Positions 57,205 to 64,000 of a stretch of DNA of 64,000 nt are shown here, one piece after another (within the stretch, counting starts at the first letter, position 1; every line of letters begins with the position of its first letter). The position numbers and the translations under genes are program-made. The DNA comes from Vulcanimicrobiales bacterium (GTDB lineage Bacteria > Vulcanimicrobiota > Vulcanimicrobiia > Vulcanimicrobiales > Vulcanimicrobiaceae): positions 96,001 to 160,000 of the forward strand of contig JBBRLI010000004.1 in NCBI GenBank assembly GCA_038231455.1, given 5' to 3'. Under the pieces are notes generated by a model. The model had not been told where the DNA came from and made no database searches. It worked only from the letters and a program-made list of their open reading frames with translations.

Positions 57205-57888
57205 GAGAAACGCATCGTCGTCGAGCTGCGCGAGAGCCGGCTCGGGGAACTTCGCCCGCAAGCGATTTGCGAGTTCGGTTGCAATTCGCTTGCGCGCCGT
57301 CGAGCTGAGCATCGCGCGGCGTTCGATGTAGCGTTCGACGAGCGCGCGCTCGTCGCGATCGAGTCGCACGTCGCTTGACGACGGACGATATCCCTGCGCA
57401 GCACGTTTACCTTCGCGCACGACGATCGTTCCGGCCGCAAAATCGCCGAGCCGCTTATTTTCTTTGGAGACGAGCGTGCTGATTGCGGAAATGAGGTAGA
57501 ATCCAAGACCAAATTCGATCGCACGAATCACGTTGCGAATCGTGACGGTGAGAAAGTCGACCGGAAATCCGCCGTCGCGTACGACGCGAATCCCGATCGC
57601 CTTCTTGCCCGGTGTTTGGCCGCGCCACAACCACTCGAAGATGATGAAGTAGCCGAAGAAATTCAAGAACGTCAGGAAAATATAGAACGCATAGATCCAG
57701 GGCTGCGGTACGATGCGCGGACCTTTGTGCGTGCTGCCGATCGCAGCGAATATTGCGGTTGCAACGATCAAGAGCACGATCTGAATCGCAAAATCGATGA
57801 ACACCGCAAGGAAGCGGCTCCCGAGCCCCGCGAGTTCGTAGGAGATCGCGATCGACTCGGGGGTGCGGACATCGAGGGAACGCTCCAC
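57181..57888 (-). CDS. RDD family membrane protein
   Basis: AGLGSRFLAVFID, GQTPGK, KRLGDFAAGT. Confidence 0.9.
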   Translation of the reverse strand: MERSLDVRTPESIAISYELAGLGSRFLAVFIDFAIQIVLLIVATAIFAAIGSTHKGPRIVPQPWIYAFYIFLTFLNFFGYFIIFEWLWRGQTPGKKAIGIRVVRDGGFPVDFLTVTIRNVIRAIEFGLGFYLISAISTLVSKENKRLGDFAAGTIVVREGKRAAQGYRPSSSDVRLDRDERALVERYIERRAMLSSTARKRIATELANRLRAKFPEPALAQLDDDAFLLGIATRT

Positions 57889-57932
57889 TAGCGCACCGAG
57901 GCCGCGCTGCGGCGGGACGGGAAGCCACGCTT

Positions 57933-58967
57933 ATGCGCGAGGAGACATTCGTCGCTCGGGGGAGCGAACGCTGGGAGCGCCTCGATGTTCTGCTGGGGCG
58001 AGCCGATCGCGGCGGCATTCGCCGCCTTGCGCCGAGTGAGGTGGTAGAACTTGGGCTGCTGTATCGCCGCCTGACCTCGGACCTTGCCTATGCGCAGGGA
58101 CGCCGCTTCGATCCGAATCTGATCGGCTACATCAATCGCCTGGTCGTACGCGGCCATTCGTACATCTATGGCGGGGCGCTCGAAAGTGGCCGCGCCCGTC
58201 TGGTCTCGTTTTTTACTACGGTATTCCCGGCGGAATTCCGTCGCTCGTGGATCCCGATCGCGCTCTGCGCGCTGCTGTTCACGCTGACGACGGTCGTGTC
58301 GTTTGCGATCGTGCGGCACGATCCGAGTACCGCATACGCGCTCGTCCCCGGCGAGATCCCCAAAGTCGAAAAGAGCCTGCACGATTCGAACTTCGCGGTC
58401 AATCGGTCCGATGCCCCGGAGATGTCGGCGCTGATCATCACCAACAACATCCGCGTCTCGGTCATGGCGTTTGCCGGCGGCATGACGCTGGGCGCACTCA
58501 CGGTCTGGGCAATCTATTTCAACGGTCTGGATTTCGGATCGATTGGCGCACTCTTCGCAAACGCCGGTTTCGGCTACGATTTCTTTGCGACGGTTGCACC
58601 GCACGGCGTCATCGAACTCACCGCGATTCAAGTCGCCGGCGGCGGCGGTTTATTGCTCGCAGCCGGTGTGCTCGTGCCCGGACGCTTGCGGCGCAGCGTC
58701 GCGCTCGTGCGTAACGCGCGGCGTGCGGGCGTGCTGATGCTCGGTGTCTGCGCGATGCTCGTCGTTGCGGGAACGATCGAGGGATTCTTCTCGCCGCTGC
58801 GCCTGAGTGCTGAAATTCGCCTCGCTTTTGGTGCGCTCACCGCCGTCGCCCTCATCGCGTACTTTGGATTTGCCGGACGGCCGCGACCTAAATCGCTCCG
58901 CGCGTCTTCATTTCGATATACCGGTTCACCAGCGCTAATCCGAGATCCGGCGCGGGCACATCGATGA
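57933..58967 (+). CDS. SpoIIM/DUF95 family membrane protein
   Basis: LYRRLTSDLAYA, IITNNIRV, PHGVIELTAI, AGTIEGF. Confidence 0.9.
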   Translation: MREETFVARGSERWERLDVLLGRADRGGIRRLAPSEVVELGLLYRRLTSDLAYAQGRRFDPNLIGYINRLVVRGHSYIYGGALESGRARLVSFFTTVFPAEFRRSWIPIALCALLFTLTTVVSFAIVRHDPSTAYALVPGEIPKVEKSLHDSNFAVNRSDAPEMSALIITNNIRVSVMAFAGGMTLGALTVWAIYFNGLDFGSIGALFANAGFGYDFFATVAPHGVIELTAIQVAGGGGLLLAAGVLVPGRLRRSVALVRNARRAGVLMLGVCAMLVVAGTIEGFFSPLRLSAEIRLAFGALTAVALIAYFGFAGRPRPKSLRASSFRYTGSPALIRDPARAHR

Positions 58968-60225
58968 CGCCGATGCCGCGCCGCGCGAGCAAGAGCGCGG
59001 CGCGGCGACGTTCCTCGCCCAGCGTCGCGGCAACCGAAGCGCGATACGCCTCATCGACGCTCGTCGGTCGGAGTGACACGGCATTTGCGATCGCCTCATC
59101 GTTCATCATTACGACGACGATGAGGTGCCGACGTGCGAGCGCGCCGAGTTCGCCAAGAAGTGCCGCCGAGGCAACCGGATCGAACATGTCGGTAAACACA
59201 ACGACCAAGCTCCGTTTGGTTTGACGGCGGCGCAGATACGCAAACGCCCCTTCGTAATCGGACTCTTCAAAGCGCGGTTGAAGATCGGCGATGCGCCGCG
59301 CGATGAGCGCCGCATGTGCGGGACGCGCCGCGGGTGCGACGTAGTCGACGATACCACCGGCGAAGGCAAGGAAACCGACTTTGTCGTCGGCGGCGGCGGC
59401 GCGGCTTGTAAGCATGAGCGCCGCCGTCAACGCGTAGTCGAACTTGCGCTGACCCGCGACGGGCGCGGTCATCAAGCGGCCCGCATCGAGCGCGAGAATG
59501 ACGCTCTGACTGCGTTCGACGGTCCGTTCGACGACGATCGTCTTGCCGCGCCGCGCCGTAGCTTGCCAGGCGATCGATCGGAACGCATCGCCCGGGACAT
59601 AATCGCGCAAGCTTTCAAAATCACTACCGGTTCCGGTCCGACGCAGACGTCGCAACCCGGCATCGATCGTGCGCCGACGCTGCGCGAGCGTTCCCGGTTG
59701 AACGAGCGCACGCAGATCCGGCCACACACGAAACGGCGACGGAGCATCGTGGGATGCGTAGGCACGCACGATTCCCAGCGGCGTTTCCCACCACGCGGCA
59801 AACCCGGTCAGCGTCCCCGACCCGCGTTCGTGCGGCACGAACGGCAGCACCACCTCGAGCCCCGCGTTGGCTTCGATCGATGCAATCGTTTCGCGCTCTT
59901 CAAACCGCAAGAGTGCAACGGGCGCTTCGAGCAAGCCGATACGAAGCCGCAGCGGACCACGATTCTCAAGCTGATAGCGGAGCGCACCCGCTTCGCCCAG
60001 CGTCAGGCGCCCGAGCGGCTCGCGCACGATCTGCACGCGTGCGCGGCCCGGAACGAGCGCGCAATCAACCACCGCGACGATGACGAATGCGACTCCGAGC
60101 GCGATGCCAAGACCGATGCAGAACGGAAAGACCGATCCAACGCCAATGCACGCCGCGACAATCAGCGCGACGAACAACGCGCGACGCGTAAACCAGCGGC
60201 GCGGCAGCAGACGGCGAATCGTCAG
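58888..60225 (-). CDS. DUF58 (vWA-like) protein, MoxR partner
   Basis: DFESLRDYVPGD, LDAGRLM, VVFTD; start uncertain. Confidence 0.88.
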   Translation of the reverse strand: MTIRRLLPRRWFTRRALFVALIVAACIGVGSVFPFCIGLGIALGVAFVIVAVVDCALVPGRARVQIVREPLGRLTLGEAGALRYQLENRGPLRLRIGLLEAPVALLRFEERETIASIEANAGLEVVLPFVPHERGSGTLTGFAAWWETPLGIVRAYASHDAPSPFRVWPDLRALVQPGTLAQRRRTIDAGLRRLRRTGTGSDFESLRDYVPGDAFRSIAWQATARRGKTIVVERTVERSQSVILALDAGRLMTAPVAGQRKFDYALTAALMLTSRAAAADDKVGFLAFAGGIVDYVAPAARPAHAALIARRIADLQPRFEESDYEGAFAYLRRRQTKRSLVVVFTDMFDPVASAALLGELGALARRHLIVVVMMNDEAIANAVSLRPTSVDEAYRASVAATLGEERRRAALLLARRGIGVIDVPAPDLGLALVNRYIEMKTRGAI

Positions 60226-61172
60226 CTCGCAGCGATGACGGGAACGGGGACGGCATCCAAGATGCGCGCGATCACGGCGAGCGTATCGATGCCCTCGATC
60301 TCCGCTTCCGGCTGCACGATCATACGATGTCCGAGCACCATTGCGGCCGTCGCTTTGCAATCGTCGGGCGTTGCAAACGTGCGATCATCCAGAAAAGCCG
60401 CACACTTCATCGCGGTTAGGAGAGAAATCGCTGCGCGCGGACTCGCGCCAAGGGCGAGTTCCGGTGTGTTGCGCGTCTTCGCGATCACTGCATACAGATA
60501 GTCGATGAGTTCCCCCGCGACGTGAATCGTTCGGACGTGAGCCTGTGCCGCACTTATTTCTTCGAGCGTCGCGACCGGCTGAATCGCCTCGAGATCGAGT
60601 GCATTGAATCCGGCGTTCGCGCGCGCGAGCAGATCGCGCTCTTGCGCTGCCGAGGGATAATCGGTCGTCGTCTTCACCATGAACCGATCGAGCTGTGCCT
60701 CCGGTAGCGGATAGGTGCCTTCGAACTCGATTGGATTCTGGGTTGCCGCCACGATGAACGGCGTCGGCATCGCGATCCGGTTGCCGTCGATCGTGACCTG
60801 GCGTTCTTCCATCGCCTCGAGAAGGGCCGATTGCGTCTTAGGCGGCGTGCGGTTGATTTCATCGGCGAGCACCACGTTGGCGGAGATCGGCCCCACACGC
60901 AGTGAGAATTGTGCGCTGCGAGGATCGAACGTCGTGGTCCCGATGACGTCGGCGGGCATGAGATCGGGCGTGAATTGAATGCGTCGGAACGAGCCGCCGA
61001 TTAGCCGCGCGAGCGTCCGCACGAGCAATGTTTTGGCCGTACCCGGCACGCCTTCGACGAGCAGATGTCCGCCGCCGAAGAGTGCGACGAGCGCGGCGAA
61101 AATCGGGCCGTCCGTACCGACGAGCACGCGTCGAAATCCCTCATCGAGCCGCTGCGCGACGCTGTGTTCCAT
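60222..61172 (-). CDS. moxR: MoxR family AAA+ ATPase
   Basis: EGVPGTAKT, RIQFTPDLMPAD, DEINR, ATQNP, YPLPEAQLDRF. Confidence 0.95.
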   Translation of the reverse strand: MEHSVAQRLDEGFRRVLVGTDGPIFAALVALFGGGHLLVEGVPGTAKTLLVRTLARLIGGSFRRIQFTPDLMPADVIGTTTFDPRSAQFSLRVGPISANVVLADEINRTPPKTQSALLEAMEERQVTIDGNRIAMPTPFIVAATQNPIEFEGTYPLPEAQLDRFMVKTTTDYPSAAQERDLLARANAGFNALDLEAIQPVATLEEISAAQAHVRTIHVAGELIDYLYAVIAKTRNTPELALGASPRAAISLLTAMKCAAFLDDRTFATPDDCKATAAMVLGHRMIVQPEAEIEGIDTLAVIARILDAVPVPVIAAS

Positions 61173-62310
61173 CCGTGTCCAGTTCCTTTCGGAGTTCCGC
61201 GCAAAGCTGCGCGGCATGTAGGAGTTGTGAATCATCGACGCCCGAGCGCGCACGTAGCGCGGCAAGTTCGCGAATGCGTTCGGGAGCACCGGTTCGACCT
61301 TGCGCGAGGACGGCAAGCGTGTTCGGATCGGTGTGCGTGGGGAGACCGAACGCACGCGCGACCGATGCAAACGTCGCATCGATCAAGTCGGCAAGCGCGC
61401 GCGTCGCCGCCCGCCCACGGCGCAGCAAAATCGCAAGCGATGCTAAATAGGCAGCGGAATTCGGGTCGGAGGCGATGGGAACGGCGGCGGCCGGGACAAA
61501 TCGTATGGCGGACCCGACGAGCGCGACGAGGCAAGCCCCTATCGCGATGAGGATCGCAACGCGCAGCGGCTCGGGCAGCACGAGCCAAGCCGATTCCGCG
61601 CGGCCGTATCCGTGTACGAATTCATCGAATGCAACCGTCGTATCCGGACCGGCGCCGAGAACGTTTACGGCAAAGCGCGCGTTGTCGGCGCGTTCGAGCA
61701 ATCGGTTCGTAAAAATCGTGGGGTCGCTCAGGACAACAATACGGCCGCGACCGAGCGCGTAGCTCGCAAGCACCGCACCACTTGCATCGGCAACGATCGG
61801 CACGACGGCGGGAAACGCACGGTACACGATGCGCGTGGTATCCTCGCCGACAATCTGATCGACGCCGCGCGTGTACGGCGATGCGATGATCGGCACGGCA
61901 CCGTACGTGTTACGAACGGTGATCTCGCGCGTCACCGGAAGTTTCAGGGTCTTGCGCGCATACGCGCTACTACTGCCGATGACAACGAGCGTCTTGCCGC
62001 GTTTCGCGACAAAATCACGTAGCTCGTCGACGTCGACTTTGGCATACGTGCCGATTCCCGATAGAACCAATCGGTCGGCGACCAGAAATCGCGGATGGCG
62101 ATTGCTTTCGACAACGCGGACGCCTTCGCGCTCGAGCAAACGGCGCACGGCAAGATAGCCTCCGCGATCGCTATCGTGGGTCGAATACGTATCGACGTAA
62201 TCGGGCGGCGCGGCGCGCTGTGCACCCACAATTCCAGCAACGATCAGGGCCAGCGTAACGAGTGCGAGCGCGATGACATCACCCGGCCGCAGCGCGCGCA
62301 GGAGCATCAT
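61141..62310 (-). CDS. DUF4350 domain membrane protein
   Basis: N-terminal TM, YST, GRGRIVVLSDP..FTN, FDEFVHG; sits in the MoxR cluster. Confidence 0.75.
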   Translation of the reverse strand: MMLLRALRPGDVIALALVTLALIVAGIVGAQRAAPPDYVDTYSTHDSDRGGYLAVRRLLEREGVRVVESNRHPRFLVADRLVLSGIGTYAKVDVDELRDFVAKRGKTLVVIGSSSAYARKTLKLPVTREITVRNTYGAVPIIASPYTRGVDQIVGEDTTRIVYRAFPAVVPIVADASGAVLASYALGRGRIVVLSDPTIFTNRLLERADNARFAVNVLGAGPDTTVAFDEFVHGYGRAESAWLVLPEPLRVAILIAIGACLVALVGSAIRFVPAAAVPIASDPNSAAYLASLAILLRRGRAATRALADLIDATFASVARAFGLPTHTDPNTLAVLAQGRTGAPERIRELAALRARSGVDDSQLLHAAQLCAELRKELDTDGTQRRAAAR

Positions 62311-63071
62311 GCGAAGACGCGCTCGTACGCAGCAAGCGTGCTTGCCCACGCCAATTCATCGGGTTCGCGATTTCCGTACACCGCGACGACGTATTCGCGC
62401 GCGAGCGTATCGAACGGCTCGGCGAGCGGCGCCTGCGCGCGACGTACGGCCCGCCGATATTCCCCAGGCGTGCGCGCAGCGTCGTATCCGACGATTCCAC
62501 GTTCGTCGAGCGACCGCAGTGCAGCCCCGAACGTCAGGCCGATCGCCTGGGCGAATTCACCGCGCGAAGCACGCGCGCGTGCTGCTGCAAGCAACTCTGC
62601 CGAGCCCGCATCATGCGATCCGGCAGCGGTGCGCATCGTAGCGCCGATCCGGCGCTCGACACGACGTCGAACCACCGTTACGAGCAGCGCCAGCGCCCCG
62701 AGCGACGCGAGCGCGGCAAGTAGTAAGACGAGCGTCTGATTCTGTTGCGAGTTCAGATTTGTCGCGCGGCGTAAACCCTTGAAGAGTTTCTCGAGGATCG
62801 AACCGAGCCAATTGAAAAAACGGTCGATCAACGACTCTTCTTTCTTCCGTGGCTTCGGATGGGGATGCGCGAATTCCGGGGCCGCAAGAATCGTGTGCGC
62901 GAGCCAGTGTGCGTCGCGCGGCGGCACAAATGCGACCTCATTTGCCGCACGCTTCGCGCGCTGCAATCCGAGCGCGATGGCTTTAGGATCGGCTTTCTTC
63001 GCGCGTCGCGCGGCGTCCACAAAGTCCGCAAGCGATGGCACCGGTGGACGGCGATGCACGATCGCCGGCAC
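62307..63071 (-). CDS. DUF4129 domain membrane protein
   Basis: Single TM; ARTPGEYRR...AVYG; cluster context; start uncertain. Confidence 0.75.
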   Translation of the reverse strand: MPAIVHRRPPVPSLADFVDAARRAKKADPKAIALGLQRAKRAANEVAFVPPRDAHWLAHTILAAPEFAHPHPKPRKKEESLIDRFFNWLGSILEKLFKGLRRATNLNSQQNQTLVLLLAALASLGALALLVTVVRRRVERRIGATMRTAAGSHDAGSAELLAAARARASRGEFAQAIGLTFGAALRSLDERGIVGYDAARTPGEYRRAVRRAQAPLAEPFDTLAREYVVAVYGNREPDELAWASTLAAYERVFA

Positions 63072-63099
63072 CGGCGGCGGTGTCGTTACGATCGGAATC

Positions 63100-64000
63100 T
63101 CACGCGATGGGCGCGAGTGGGACCGCTGCCGACGTCGCCATCAAGTCCGAACCTTCGCGACGCAGGCGTACATCCAGATAGTAAATGGTTGCCGTTGCCG
63201 TCGAAAAGATGACCCCGATCGAACTAAAGAGCTGCGCGATGACGACATAACTTGCGAACCACTTCGTGAGCGCGAAGACGAGGCCGCCCACGACCAAACC
63301 CAGGAGCGATGTCGCTAAGGTAACGGCGAAGAGCGCGAGCGAAACCACGATCGATCGCAAAAATTCGCGCCGGGCGAAAATTCGCGCAAAAGACCGGCCG
63401 ATCGCAACGAATGGGTTGCCCGTTTCGAGAACGGCGCTAGCGAACGACACGATCGCGAGTGCATAGCCGAGCGCGCCGAGAGGAACGCTTATGACAAGCG
63501 CAACCAGACCAATCAGCAGGCTCGCAACGATCCCACCTTGATCGGGGACGGCGACACCTTTGGTGCGCACAACGGTAAAAATAATCAGTCCGAAGACGAT
63601 CGAGAAGACGAAAATCACAGCGACGAAGATGAGGAACCAGACGGCACCCGTCCCGAGCATGCTCGGCAAGCGACGAAGCGCGCTGCGATAGATTCCACCA
63701 ATCGTTAACGACTCGCCGTCGAGCGCGCGTGCGATGGCAAGCGTTACGACGCCGATCATCAGCGGCGTGATCAAGAGTGCGATCAGCACGATCGCATAAT
63801 CGAACGGTCCGGATTTTGGGATCGAATTCAGGATGGCTGCGGTGTCGGTCTTGCCACCTTTGGCCGCAGCTTGGATCGCCGCAATGTACTGATTGAGCGG
63901 ATTCACCGAAAAGCTCTGCAAGATTGCAAGTGGGACCGAAAGCACCGCAACCAACGCGATCAACATCGGAAAGCGCTGCACGCTCACCGTCACAGCACGG
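63100..64000 (-). CDS. Multi-pass membrane protein of the MoxR/DUF58 cluster (5' end outside window)
   Basis: Multiple TM segments, AIGRSF, YYLDVRLRREGSDL C-terminal motif. Confidence 0.75.
   Translation of the reverse strand, partial: RAVTVSVQRFPMLIALVAVLSVPLAILQSFSVNPLNQYIAAIQAAAKGGKTDTAAILNSIPKSGPFDYAIVLIALLITPLMIGVVTLAIARALDGESLTIGGIYRSALRRLPSMLGTGAVWFLIFVAVIFVFSIVFGLIIFTVVRTKGVAVPDQGGIVASLLIGLVALVISVPLGALGYALAIVSFASAVLETGNPFVAIGRSFARIFARREFLRSIVVSLALFAVTLATSLLGLVVGGLVFALTKWFASYVVIAQLFSSIGVIFSTATATIYYLDVRLRREGSDLMATSAAVPLAPIA

Overview
A GC-rich bacterial chromosomal segment with about 60 tightly packed genes. I found no rRNA, tRNA, CRISPR array, transposase or prophage. Gene style suggests a Terrabacteria lineage, possibly Vulcanimicrobiota/Eremiobacterota; this is an unverified inference. 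Five features stand out. (1) The imuA / imuB / dnaE2 mutagenesis cassette is split into three separate loci over about 17.7 kb. Each gene has its own near-leaderless promoter with the same 20-bp sequence (ATCGAACATACGTTCGATTA), containing a Gram-positive-type LexA box in the -35/-10 spacer. (2) A photoactive yellow protein (PYP) homologue ends an acyl-CoA dehydrogenase - peroxiredoxin - pyp operon, with no TAL/pCL chromophore genes in the window. (3) A minC-minD-minD-minE-rodA operon carries two diverged, apparently intact MinD paralogues and a tailed MinE. (4) A REC-GGDEF (GGDDF) protein is translationally coupled inside ftsE-ftsX-(M23 EnvC-like), followed by an inserted Phi_1/EXORDIUM-like lipoprotein and tandem S41 proteases. 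(5) Small accessory modules include hicAB and an HTH + nucleotidyltransferase pair preceded by three phased 22-bp repeats. The rest is peptidases, housekeeping enzymes, a YhaO/YhaN (SbcCD-like) pair, RNase E/G, and the MoxR-DUF58-DUF4350-DUF4129-SpoIIM-RDD cluster. All family calls come from motif recognition by eye, with no database searches.
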